Shown here piece after piece: positions 34,797 through 43,486 of a DNA stretch of 64,000 nucleotides. This DNA is from an uncultured Christensenellaceae bacterium. GTDB lineage: Bacteria > Bacillota > Clostridia > Christensenellales > UBA3700. Location: assembly GCA_944381315.1 (NCBI GenBank), contig CALWKR010000042.1:2021-66020 (forward strand). Direction: 5' to 3'. Made by a program: the position numbers and the translations under genes. Position 1 is the first letter of the stretch. Each line of letters opens with the position of its first letter. The notes below the pieces were generated by a model, which saw only the letters and a program-made list of their open reading frames with translations, was not told the origin of the DNA and searched no databases.

Positions 34797-35678
34797 CTAT
34801 ATCTCTCCGCCGAGAGCTTTGATCTCGGGGACGAGCCGCACTCCGCTGTGCGCGAACACTCCGTCGCGCACGCGGCGCAGCAGCGACAGATAGTCCGCCG
34901 CCGTTCCTCCGCCCGTATTGACGATAAAGTTGGCGTGTCTTGACGAGATCTGCGCTCCGCCGCACTTCGCTCCCTTGAAACCTGCGCGCTCGATGTACCA
35001 CCCTGCCGACGTGCCGTCATGGCGGGCGAACACGCTGCCGAGGGACTTCCCCGTCGGCTGAGTCGCGGCGCGGCGCGCGCAAAATTCGTCCATCGCGGCG
35101 CGCACGTCGCGCACGTCGGATCTGCCCAATCTCAATGCGACGGCGACGACGATAACTTTGCCGCCGAGCGCGCTCGAACGATAGCGAAACGCGCATTCTT
35201 CGGCGCTCATTCGCCGCTCGCGCCCGTCCTCGATGACGTCCGCCCACTCTACGAGCTCGCCGAACTCTCTGCCGAACGCGCCTGCGTTCATCACCGCCGC
35301 GCCGCCCACGCTGCCGGGGATCGAGCACAACTGCTCCAAACCCGACAGTCCGCGCGCCGCCGCCTTGCCTGCGAGCAACGGGAGCTTTTCGCCTGCGGCG
35401 GCGACAACGCGAGTGCCGCAAAACTCCGCGCCCGTCATAGATCGCGTGGTGAGCACGGCGGCGTCGTACAGCCCGTCCGGAAACAGCGTGTCCGTCGCCC
35501 TGCCGACGATGTCGAACGCGCATTCGCGGCTCAGCACCTCGATCGCGGCGCGCAATTCCTCGGCGTTGCGCGGCTCCGCCGTCAGCGCGATCGTGCCGAC
35601 GTTGCCGTATGCCGAAAAAGAAGGAGCGCCCTCTCGCGCTCCCATGATGTATCTTCCGAAGTGCGTGTCCATACGCAC
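34797..35678 (-). CDS. murB: UDP-N-acetylenolpyruvoylglucosamine reductase
   Basis: GLEQLCSIPGSVGGAAVMNAGAFG, GSVFA and GGAQISSRHANFIVN. The start could instead be the internal Met at 35645. Confidence 0.9.
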   Translation of the reverse strand: MRMDTHFGRYIMGAREGAPSFSAYGNVGTIALTAEPRNAEELRAAIEVLSRECAFDIVGRATDTLFPDGLYDAAVLTTRSMTGAEFCGTRVVAAAGEKLPLLAGKAAARGLSGLEQLCSIPGSVGGAAVMNAGAFGREFGELVEWADVIEDGRERRMSAEECAFRYRSSALGGKVIVVAVALRLGRSDVRDVRAAMDEFCARRAATQPTGKSLGSVFARHDGTSAGWYIERAGFKGAKCGGAQISSRHANFIVNTGGGTAADYLSLLRRVRDGVFAHSGVRLVPEIKALGGEI

Positions 35679-35715
35679 ATTCTATGCGTTCGCGCCGCGC
35701 GCTATCACTCGCGCG

Positions 35716-36663
35716 TCACAGCGGCGCGTTCATCGCCTCGCTCTCCGCGATCGCCGTCAACAGCGCGTCTATCCCGTCGCTGCCGAACACGTCCTGCTTG
35801 AACTGCTTGCCGCCGCGCATACCGCGCACATAGTAGGCGAGATGCTTCTTCATATTGGCGGCGACATAGACGGGACTGTGGAATTTGAGCATGACGGAGA
35901 TATGCTCTTCCGCCGCCTCTCGCCGCGTGCTCCACAGCCTAGGCGAACCGCATATGTCCGAGAACAACCACGGAGCGCCGAGCGCGCCGCGCGCGATCAT
36001 CACCGCCGCCGCTCCCGTCACGCGAAGCATGTCTCGATAGCTCTCCGCGCTGTCCACGTCGCCGTTGGCGATCACGGGGATGTCGACCGCCTCAACGACG
36101 CGCGCTATATATTCGCGGTCCGCTTCGCCGGCATAATATTGCTCGCGCGTCCTGCCGTGAACGGTGATCGCCGCCGCTCCGGCGTCTTGCATTATCTTGG
36201 CAAAATCAACACCGGTACGAGAATTTTTCTCAAAGCCTATCCTGAATTTGACCGTCACCGCTCTGCCGCATTGAGTCAGCGTGCGCACGATCTTTGCGGC
36301 GGTCTGCGGCTCTTTGAGCAGTGCGCTGCCCTCGCCGTTGCCCACGATCTTGGGCACCGGGCAGCCCATGTTTATGTCTATGACGTCGAACTCGGCAAGC
36401 GCCCTGTGCCGCGCCGCCGCGAGCATGATCTCGGGCTCGCGTCCGAAGATCTGCACTGCCTTTACGCGCTCGTACTCCGTCGTGTGCAGCAAGTCTTCCG
36501 TCTTTACGCTGCCGTAAACGAGCCCCTTCGCCGAGATCATCTCCGTGTAGGTCACCGCGGCTCCCGAGCGCGCGCAGAGCTGCCTGAATCCGACGTCGCT
36601 GTAACCGGCTATCGGCGCGAGCACCGCCTTGGGCGAAGCAAAGAGCTTTGCGAGGTCGATCAT
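35716..36663 (-). CDS. dusB: tRNA-dihydrouridine synthase
   Basis: Track ORF 35716..37368 trimmed to ATG 36663 (MIDLAKLFASPKAVLAPIAGYSDVGFRQLC), overlapping the mazG stop as ATGA. DINMGCPVPKI and TVHGRTREQ. Confidence 0.9.
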   Translation of the reverse strand: MIDLAKLFASPKAVLAPIAGYSDVGFRQLCARSGAAVTYTEMISAKGLVYGSVKTEDLLHTTEYERVKAVQIFGREPEIMLAAARHRALAEFDVIDINMGCPVPKIVGNGEGSALLKEPQTAAKIVRTLTQCGRAVTVKFRIGFEKNSRTGVDFAKIMQDAGAAAITVHGRTREQYYAGEADREYIARVVEAVDIPVIANGDVDSAESYRDMLRVTGAAAVMIARGALGAPWLFSDICGSPRLWSTRREAAEEHISVMLKFHSPVYVAANMKKHLAYYVRGMRGGKQFKQDVFGSDGIDALLTAIAESEAMNAPL

Positions 36664-37688
36664 TTCTTCGCCTCGTTCCACAGCTCGTCGAGCTGCGCCG
36701 CGGTCATCTCCGCGAGCGGACGATCGGCGATCTTCTCCATTCTCTCGAATCTGCCGACGAACTTGTTCACCGCGCGCGACAGCGCGACTTCGGGATCGCA
36801 TTTGAGCAGCCGCACGACGTTGACCGCCGCGAACAGCAGATCGCCGCACTCCATCTCGCGGTCCTCGGCAGTAACGGCGCCGAAGCACTCCTGCAACTCT
36901 TCGGGCACTTTGGCTGCCGCGTCTTGCGCGCTTGCGAAGTCGAAGCGCGCTTTTGCCGCCGCCTTTTGGGCCTTGTATGCCCTCTCGACGGCAGGCAACG
37001 CCTTGGCGATCCTCTTCATCTTGGCGCTCGCGCTGTACGCCCCTTTCTCCTTTGCTTTTGCCGCGTCCCATGCCGCCAAACGCTCGTCGGCGTTGGTCGT
37101 GACCCCGTCGCCGACGACGGGCGGATGGCGCTCGATAAGCTTGTTGCACAGCTCGCTGAGCACGTCGCCGACGTCGAACTCTCCCGACTTGTCTGCGATT
37201 TGACAATGAAAGACGCTCTGCAGCATCACGTCGCCGCACTCTTCGCGCATATTGTCGACGTCCTTGTTGTCGATCGCGTCGACGAGCTCGTACGCCTCCT
37301 CGATCGCGTTGGCGCGGATGCTCTCGTGCGTCTGCGCCTTGTCCCATTCGCAGCCGTCTTTTGCGCACAGCCGTTTCATTATCGCCAGCAGATCCGCAAA
37401 GTCATGCCTGCTCTTTTGCAAAAACGAAAGCGGCGGCACTCTCAGCCGATCGCAAGCGGTCATGCCGCCCACGGTCGTCTCTCTGCCGTCGCATTCTATC
37501 GCCGCGTCTTCGCCTATCAGCGCGGCGAGCTTGGCTCTCAACTCGGGCACAAGCTCCTCTCCTACGCCGTTCAGCTCCAACGCAAACCGCGTGTCATATG
37601 TCAGATCGCTCGCGGCGGCGAACTTCGCCGCGTCCGCGCTCAAAACGCCTATGCGCTCAACTGCGCAATTCTCCTTGTCCTTTCGCAT
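36660..37688 (-). CDS. mazG: MazG-family nucleoside triphosphate pyrophosphohydrolase (YabN-like, with about 100-aa N-terminal extra region)
   Basis: CEWDKAQTHESIRANAIEEAYELVDAI and EECGDVMLQ, plus a second MazG repeat (ECGDLLFAAVNVVRLL). Start chosen at ATG 37688 behind a GGAGGA SD. Confidence 0.8.
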   Translation of the reverse strand: MRKDKENCAVERIGVLSADAAKFAAASDLTYDTRFALELNGVGEELVPELRAKLAALIGEDAAIECDGRETTVGGMTACDRLRVPPLSFLQKSRHDFADLLAIMKRLCAKDGCEWDKAQTHESIRANAIEEAYELVDAIDNKDVDNMREECGDVMLQSVFHCQIADKSGEFDVGDVLSELCNKLIERHPPVVGDGVTTNADERLAAWDAAKAKEKGAYSASAKMKRIAKALPAVERAYKAQKAAAKARFDFASAQDAAAKVPEELQECFGAVTAEDREMECGDLLFAAVNVVRLLKCDPEVALSRAVNKFVGRFERMEKIADRPLAEMTAAQLDELWNEAKK

Positions 37689-39225
37689 TGCCGTCCTCCG
37701 TACGGGACCGCCTCTTGGCAAGCTTGGGCAAAAACAACGTTCCGCCATAAGCCGCCGCTCCGACTGCCGCCGCCGCGACGAGTTTTGGCCACGGCGGTAT
37801 GGGCGCCGTCGTCACGGCGATCTCCGCTACGACCATTATAACACACGCAAGCGCTATCTTGACAACCATATTTCGCGCTATCGACGGCGCGCCCGCCTGT
37901 TCGCGGTACCTCAGCGCCGCGAGCGCCGTCGCCAACGCGTACATCGAGCACTGCGCGATCGGCGCCGCGATCACTCCTATCCGCGGCATAAGCGCCGCCT
38001 GCACGACGACTCGGCACGCGCCTGCGAGCAGCATATATCTCATCACGCTGCCGCCCTTGCCCGTCGCCTGCAACGCCGAGCACAAGATCTGCATCAGCGA
38101 GATCAGCGTCACATTGGCGGCTTGCGCCCTCAGCAACATCGCGGCTATGCCGAGCTCCTGCGCGGTCAATGTCGGATAGAGCGCGCTCAATATCTCGGGC
38201 GCGAACATCGCAAACGCAATCGAGCACGGCAGAGCGAGCGCAAGACATGCCGTCATCGTCGACGTCGTCTTTGCGTGCGCGGCGTCGTTGCCGCCCGTCA
38301 CGAACTCTGCGGTCAGCTTGGGCAGCACCGCTACGGCAACGGACAGCGACACCACGACGGGCAGATTGACCAGCGTGCCGACCGCGCCCGTCAACAGTCC
38401 GTATTGCTGCCGCGCGGCGGCTTGTTCCAATCCGTATGCTCCGAGAAGCCTGACGATCGCAAAGCTGTCCACAAATGTGACGATCGGCATCACGAGCGCC
38501 GACGCGAGCATCGGCAGCATTGCCGCAAACATCTCTCTTGCAAGCCGTTTATCGACACAGGCGCCTATTTTTATATCCTCTTTGTTCCATCGGATCTTTG
38601 CGACAGCCCATCCCGAAAACTCGGATATCGTGACGGCGGCAAGCGCGCCGAACACCGCTGCGCGCGTCCCCAAACGCGAGAGCGCGAACACGAGAGTCAG
38701 TCCGACTGCGAGCTTGACTGCTTGCTCCGCCGTCTGCAAGATCGCGCAGACAGACGCGTTGCCGCGAGCCAAAAACCAGCCTCGATACAGCGACGACATG
38801 GCGACCGCCGCGACCGCCGGCACAAGGATCGCATAGCCTATCGCCTGATCGGCGATCGACTGCAATTTGGCGACGGGAAAAGCCGCCGCCGCAAACAGCG
38901 CCACTCCTGCCGCCGCCATGCCGAGCGAAAGTCTTCGCGCAGCGAGATAGACGGCAGAGCTATCCCTGCCCGAAGCGTCGCTTGCGGCGACATAGCGGCT
39001 CACGACCGCAGGGATCGCCCCCGACGTCAGCGTCACAAACAACGCATAGACGGGGAAGAACGTCTGATAGAGCCCCATCCCCTCCGCGCCCAACAGATTG
39101 GTCAGCGGAACTCGATAGACTGCTCCCAAGACCTTTGCCGCAAGCGACGTCAGCGCGAGCAGCGCCGTCGCCGCCGCGAGCGAATATCGGCTCTTTGCCG
39201 CCGTCCCACGACTTTGCGATCGCAT
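37657..39225 (-). CDS. MOP-superfamily flippase (putative polysaccharide biosynthesis protein, SpoVB/MurJ/YabM-like)
   Basis: About 14 TM helices. N-terminus ...ALTSLAAKVLGAVYRVPLTNLLGAEGMGLYQTFFPVYALF is typical of the family. Start at ATG 39225 behind a GGAGGTG SD. Confidence 0.75.
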   Translation of the reverse strand: MRSQSRGTAAKSRYSLAAATALLALTSLAAKVLGAVYRVPLTNLLGAEGMGLYQTFFPVYALFVTLTSGAIPAVVSRYVAASDASGRDSSAVYLAARRLSLGMAAAGVALFAAAAFPVAKLQSIADQAIGYAILVPAVAAVAMSSLYRGWFLARGNASVCAILQTAEQAVKLAVGLTLVFALSRLGTRAAVFGALAAVTISEFSGWAVAKIRWNKEDIKIGACVDKRLAREMFAAMLPMLASALVMPIVTFVDSFAIVRLLGAYGLEQAAARQQYGLLTGAVGTLVNLPVVVSLSVAVAVLPKLTAEFVTGGNDAAHAKTTSTMTACLALALPCSIAFAMFAPEILSALYPTLTAQELGIAAMLLRAQAANVTLISLMQILCSALQATGKGGSVMRYMLLAGACRVVVQAALMPRIGVIAAPIAQCSMYALATALAALRYREQAGAPSIARNMVVKIALACVIMVVAEIAVTTAPIPPWPKLVAAAAVGAAAYGGTLFLPKLAKRRSRTEDGNAKGQGELRS

Positions 39226-39249
39226 AGCCACCTCCACTGCCGTTAGTAT

Positions 39250-39280
39250 AAAACGTCGCCGCACAAATATCAGCGGCGAC
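39250..39280 (-). terminator. terminator/attenuator hairpin between the mini-ORF and the flippase gene
   Basis: Minus strand GTCGCCGC-10 nt loop-GCGGCGAC followed by GTTTTATAC. It ends about 25 nt before ATG 39225. Confidence 0.5.
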
Positions 39281-39344
39281 ATGCAAAGCTATGCCTCGGC
39301 GGGCGCTCCGCCGCGCATTAAGTCGAATAGGACGCGCGCAAGCC

Positions 39345-39410
39345 TCAGCGCTTGAGCCCGGTCTTCAATCCCGAAAAAATGCCCAACAAAACGGCTAACA
39401 AAGTCTTCAT
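39345..39410 (-). CDS. candidate 21-codon ORF (MKTLLAVLLGIFSGLKTGLKR), possible leader or small membrane peptide
   Basis: Not in the ORF track (too short). The minus strand reads AAGGAGGAGAC-ATG, a near-perfect SD with good spacing. Stop TGA at 39347-39345. It lies downstream of a consensus promoter. Confidence 0.4.
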   Translation of the reverse strand: MKTLLAVLLGIFSGLKTGLKR

Positions 39411-39596
39411 GTCTCCTCCTTGCGATACGTCTTTGCCGTCGCACAGCCCGACGGCAGAGCTCCCCTCTGCGCGCCCTGCGAACTCCTTCTAACAACTATG
39501 CGCCCTTTCGGACGCATAGCTGCATGAACAAATACCAAGAGCGCCGCTGTTGCTTTGCACTCGCGTCAAGACGATTGAACAACGCCTTTCGAGCCA

Positions 39597-39625
39597 ATTA
39601 TATCATCGCCTCTTTGCGCTGTCAA
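39597..39625 (-). promoter_or_regulatory. perfect-consensus sigma-A promoter with A-rich upstream element
   Basis: Minus strand TTGACA-17 nt (gcgcaaagaggcgatga)-TATAAT. Preceded by GGGAAAAACGGGTA. Confidence 0.8.
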
Positions 39626-39865
39626 TACCCGTTTTTCCCAATGTCCCGCCAATGGGACAAAGTGCCCAAAATTCATTCGACATTCCACACTTTTTTGAAG
39701 CTTTTCGATCAGAATATGTTATTCGCTCATCTCTCCGCGCCGCCTACTTGTATACGCTCAGCTTTGACAATATGTCCGACGCGATATTTTTTCCCTCTCT
39801 CACATCGCTCGGAGAGACGGGCATCGTGAACGAATATAGTTGAAATAGTTGTGCCGCCCTGCCTG

Positions 39866-40264
39866 TCAAATGCGGCGCGCGGCGATCTGTTTCACGACGT
39901 CGGCGTCCGCAGGACAGAATTTGTAGTCGACGAGTTCGGCTCGGCTCGCCCATGTTATCTCGGGATGTTCGATCGCGCGAGGTTCGCCGCCCGTGATCTC
40001 GGCGTGATAGAACGCGATATGCACCGTCTTCTCGGGATAGGCGAACGTGACTTCGCACGCCTTGCTCCCGACCGAAACGCCGATGTCGAGCTCCTCTCTG
40101 CACTCGCGCGCAAGCGCTTGCTCGTCGCTCTCGCCGCTCTCGACTTTGCCTCCGGCAAACTCCCACAGCAGCGGACACATCTTGCCTTGCGGCCGCTTGC
40201 AGATCAAGAATTTGTCGTCTCTTCGGATCAACGCGGCGACGACTTTGGTCTCTCTTTTTTCCAT
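39866..40264 (-). CDS. NUDIX hydrolase (MutT/8-oxo-dGTP diphosphatase-like)
   Basis: Nudix box GGKVESGESDEQALARECREELDI. Start trimmed to ATG 40264 (MEKRETKVVAALI) behind a GAGGGAG SD. Confidence 0.85.
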   Translation of the reverse strand: MEKRETKVVAALIRRDDKFLICKRPQGKMCPLLWEFAGGKVESGESDEQALARECREELDIGVSVGSKACEVTFAYPEKTVHIAFYHAEITGGEPRAIEHPEITWASRAELVDYKFCPADADVVKQIAARRI

Positions 40265-40370
40265 TGTTTCTCCCTCGCCGATGCGGCGAAACAAAGCTCC
40301 GACCACGCGGAGCTTTTGCTTGACATGATAATACTCCAAAGCCCCTTCGGCAGGAGCTTTGCGCGTCTTT

Positions 40371-40399
40371 GCTCGGTTCGGCAAAAGCCCGAACCGAGC
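40371..40399 (-). other. 11-bp GC-rich hairpin just downstream of the lipoprotein gene stop (possible terminator or 3' stabiliser)
   Basis: GCTCGGTTCGG-caaaagc-CCGAACCGAGC. No clear U-run on the minus strand. Confidence 0.45.
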
Positions 40400-40406
40400 A
40401 AATATT

Positions 40407-42014
40407 TTAGCCGATCGTCACCTGCACGTCGATGAACGCGTATCTGTTCTCCGCAGAGATGACTCCGCCGTCGGACACGCTGACCGTGTAGGAGACAAGG
40501 ATGCCGTTTTGGGCAGGCATGAGGTCAAAGGCGACGTCCGCGATCTCCGCGATATCGAGGCTGAGCAGCGGCATATCGTCCTCGCCGATCTGATAGATGT
40601 TGAGCTCGTTGTTCTCATTGAGGACATAATAGATGTCAAGCTCGGGCGCAAAATCGACGAACTCGCTCGTGCCGAGGGTCTCGGTCTTGCCGCTCGCGGA
40701 GTTGTAGACTTTGATCTGATAGGTGGCCGCGCCGCCGAGCTGATCGGTGACGAGCTCGGCATAATAGAGCTTGCCGTACACGGACGCGATCAGCATATCC
40801 TGGGCGTCGAGCGAAACGGCGAGCGAGCCGTCGAGCTCGAAGTAGTCCGTGCCCTTGACAAAGAATCCCGTCGAAAGCAGAGTACGGCTCTCGTCGGCGA
40901 ACTCGGTGACCATGTTGCCCTCCTTGTCGTAGACGCGCGTGATCGTGCCGTCGCCGAGGATGAGATAGTCGCCGAGGATGCGGCAAGTGTTGGCGCCCGG
41001 CATGATCTCTTGGATGTCGATCGCGACTTTGAGGTCCTTGTCGATCGCTTGGATGATGGTGTTGCCGATCGTCTTATTGTCCGTGATACGCTGGATGGAG
41101 ACGATCGCGACGCCCGTCTCGACGTCGCCCGTCAAGTCGACGCTGAGATATGCGTTCACGAAGATATAGTCGAGGTCTTTTTCGGACACATCGCCGCTCT
41201 TCATATCGTAGATATAGTGAGAAACCGCGACTTTTTCGCCCGCATAGAAGTAGTCGTACTCGCTCGCGTCGGACGGCAAGAGCTCCTGCGCTTGCAGCAA
41301 GATGCCGTCTCCGACAAAGCCGATCGGAGTCAGCGTCGTGTTGCGCGAAACGGGGACGAGCTTCTCCAAGTTGATCATGCGCAAGAACTCGCCGTCCTTG
41401 TCATAGATCTTGAGCACGTTGACGGCGACGGGCTGGACGAGAACGTCGCCGATCTGCGTCTTCTCGACGTCCTCATCGAGGACGGGCTCGTCGGAAACGT
41501 ATGCGGCGGAGCCGTTCTTTGCGTCGATTTGGACGATCTTGCCGTTGCCGAGATCGACAAGCTCGGAGGAGATCCCGACGGGCAGCGCGTCCGCCTGATA
41601 GCGCGCAAACTGCCCGCTCGGAGTGTACAGCTCGATCTCGTAGTCTCCGCCTGTGCCGACGGTGTAGGCGTACCACAAGCCGTCCAGCGCAGTGTAGGAG
41701 TAATATATGTCGGTGAGCGGCAGCTCTCCTTCATAGAATACGCCCTTGTCGTAGGACCATGCGATGAAGGTGCTCACGCCCGACTCGACGTCTTCGCCCT
41801 GTACCATGCTGCCGTGCAGAGTGACGGATTCGACGCCGTCCAGATCGGAGATCTGACGTCCCGTCATTTGGACGCCGCTCTCGGAGTTGCGGTAGCCTGC
41901 CGCGATCGTGTCATAGATCGTGGCAGCGTCGCTCGGGCTGCATCCGGCAAAGACGCATACGCAGGCAACGGCGAGAGCCGCGCAGATGAAGATCGCTGAA
42001 ATTTTCTTTTTCAT
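40407..42014 (-). CDS. hypothetical lipoprotein, beta-rich (535 aa)
   Basis: MKKKISAIFICAALAVACVCVFAGCSPS (lipobox FAGC). GGGAGGGAG SD and its own promoter. No family recognised. Confidence 0.8.
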   Translation of the reverse strand: MKKKISAIFICAALAVACVCVFAGCSPSDAATIYDTIAAGYRNSESGVQMTGRQISDLDGVESVTLHGSMVQGEDVESGVSTFIAWSYDKGVFYEGELPLTDIYYSYTALDGLWYAYTVGTGGDYEIELYTPSGQFARYQADALPVGISSELVDLGNGKIVQIDAKNGSAAYVSDEPVLDEDVEKTQIGDVLVQPVAVNVLKIYDKDGEFLRMINLEKLVPVSRNTTLTPIGFVGDGILLQAQELLPSDASEYDYFYAGEKVAVSHYIYDMKSGDVSEKDLDYIFVNAYLSVDLTGDVETGVAIVSIQRITDNKTIGNTIIQAIDKDLKVAIDIQEIMPGANTCRILGDYLILGDGTITRVYDKEGNMVTEFADESRTLLSTGFFVKGTDYFELDGSLAVSLDAQDMLIASVYGKLYYAELVTDQLGGAATYQIKVYNSASGKTETLGTSEFVDFAPELDIYYVLNENNELNIYQIGEDDMPLLSLDIAEIADVAFDLMPAQNGILVSYTVSVSDGGVISAENRYAFIDVQVTIG

Positions 42015-42041
42015 AACTCCCTCCCTAAGGTTGATAACTAA

Positions 42042-42070
42042 AATATAACATATTTCGGCAGATACGTCAA
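42042..42070 (-). promoter_or_regulatory. promoter of the 535-aa lipoprotein gene
   Basis: Minus strand TTGACG-17 nt-TATATT with an extended -10 TG. Confidence 0.7.
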
Positions 42071-42126
42071 TATCCGCTTTAATATCCGCGAGTAAAATTC
42101 AGTCGCCGCCTCGCGTAAGATATAGT

Positions 42127-43197
42127 ATGGCGAGTTTGAGAACAGAGCGCAAGACAGACGCGGCCGCCCTCGTCCGCAACGCAAGGAGATTGATCGAAAA
42201 GTCCAAAGGCAAGGCGCTGATCGCCGTGCTCAAAGCCGACGCCTACGGCAACGGCGCCGTTCGGTGCGCAAAGGCTTTGGAGGGCACGGCGGCGATGATC
42301 GCCGTCGCGACGGCAAGCGAAGCGCAGGCGCTCGTGCGCAACAAAATTAAGGTGCCCGTGTTGATAATAGGCACTTTGACTCCGCAAGAGCAGCGGCTCG
42401 CGGCCAGACTGGACGGAGTGAGGCTGTCCGTCTCGTCGCTGAGCGAGGCGGCAAGACTGGACGCTGCGGCGCAAGATCTTGGCAAAAAGATCACCGTGCA
42501 TATCGCGGTGGACAGCGGCATGCACCGTTTCGGCTTTGCACCCGACTCAAAGACGATCGGGCTGATGTCCACGTTCCGCGATCTGCGGACGGAAGGGATC
42601 TACACGCACTATGCGCGCGCCGACGATGCAGTCTTCACCGCGCGTCAATGCGAAGTCTTTTCGCAGGTCGTAAACAATTTGCAAGCGCGAGGACTGCCGC
42701 TCGAATTTGTCCATGCCGCCAACAGCGCCGCCGTGCTGCTCGGCAACGGCGTTTGCGGCAACGCCGTCCGAACGGGGCTTGCGCTGTACGGGACATCGCG
42801 CGAACACGGCATGGAGCCCGTCGCGTCCGTGACCGCGCGCGTGATCGCCGTGCGCACGTTGGAGCGAGGAGAGAGCACTGGCTACGGCTGCTCGTTTGTC
42901 GCCGAAAGGCGCATGCGGATCGCGATCGTATCCGCAGGATATGCGGACGGAGTGCCGCTGTCTCTGTCCGACCGCGGCTTGGTGCTGATCGGCGGCATGC
43001 GCTGCAAGATCGTCGGCTCGGTCTGCATGGACGTGCTGACTTGCGACATATCCGCCGCCGGATATGTCTCCGAAGGGGACGCCGCCGTCATCGTCGGCAA
43101 AGACGGACGAGAAGAACTGACATTGAGCGAGCAAGCCTTTTTCGCCGCGACGAGCGCCTATGAGCTGAGCGTAAACTTGGCGCGAGCAAGGCGGTGA
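42127..43197 (+). CDS. alr: alanine racemase
   Basis: 356 aa. PLP-lysine motif AVLKADAYGNGAV and C-terminal GYADG...GSVCMD. No SD upstream of the ATG. Confidence 0.9.
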   Translation: MASLRTERKTDAAALVRNARRLIEKSKGKALIAVLKADAYGNGAVRCAKALEGTAAMIAVATASEAQALVRNKIKVPVLIIGTLTPQEQRLAARLDGVRLSVSSLSEAARLDAAAQDLGKKITVHIAVDSGMHRFGFAPDSKTIGLMSTFRDLRTEGIYTHYARADDAVFTARQCEVFSQVVNNLQARGLPLEFVHAANSAAVLLGNGVCGNAVRTGLALYGTSREHGMEPVASVTARVIAVRTLERGESTGYGCSFVAERRMRIAIVSAGYADGVPLSLSDRGLVLIGGMRCKIVGSVCMDVLTCDISAAGYVSEGDAAVIVGKDGREELTLSEQAFFAATSAYELSVNLARARR

Positions 43198-43234
43198 CGT
43201 AGTCGGCGGCGCGCTCGGCGATCCCGCGCCGCCA

Positions 43235-43420
43235 TGTCAAGCATGTATGCCTATATTTTTCGCCGCACCCTGCTCTCGTTGTCAAGTTTGACTGTCTGCA
43301 TTTTTCGCTTTTCCCTCTTGACGTCTTGTCAAGCTTGACTGCCTATATTTTTCGCTTTCTTTGCGTTGCCGCGCTGTCAAGTTTGGATGTCTTGCTTTTT
43401 TATTTTGTCTTTTTACCGAA
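43235..43420. repeat. four degenerate tandem repeats of about 45-48 bp, each with a GTCAAG(C/T)TTGAC palindrome-like core and a T-run
   Basis: Units start at 43235, 43280, 43327 and 43375 (TGTCAAG...). Unit 3 contains the perfect 12-nt palindrome GTCAAGCTTGAC. Each unit ends in ATTTTTCGC or a similar T-run. Confidence 0.85.
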
Positions 43421-43486
43421 AAAAACGCAGCCCTGATCGGGCCGCGTCGGATCGGGAGCGAAGCTCCTTTTTTGATAAAGCTCAAC

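Noticed and set aside
39345-39410. The mini-ORF as an ErmC-type macrolide-sensing leader peptide, or as SpoVM.
   Set aside because: It shares only the tetrapeptide GIFS with the ErmC leader as I recall it (MGIFSIFVISTVHYQPNKK). It has no resemblance to SpoVM beyond size. This is too little evidence, so I mention it only as a caveat.
39250-39625. Assignment of the 180-nt leader to a known riboswitch or RNA class (yybP-ykoY Mn, c-di-AMP ydaO, c-di-GMP, M-box, T-box, SRP RNA, 6S RNA).
   Set aside because: I compared it by eye with the conserved cores I remember. GAGGGGAGC weakly recalls the GGGGAGUAG of yybP-ykoY, but the partner elements are missing. No convincing match, so I left it unclassified. 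An Infernal scan is required.
39289-39829. Track ORFs 39289..39495 (minus, 68 aa, TTG start), 39524..39829 and 39550..39843 (plus).
   Set aside because: They are Arg-rich or low-complexity, lack an SD, and lie across promoter, hairpin and leader elements. The 21-codon ORF with a real SD is the only plausible coding element here.
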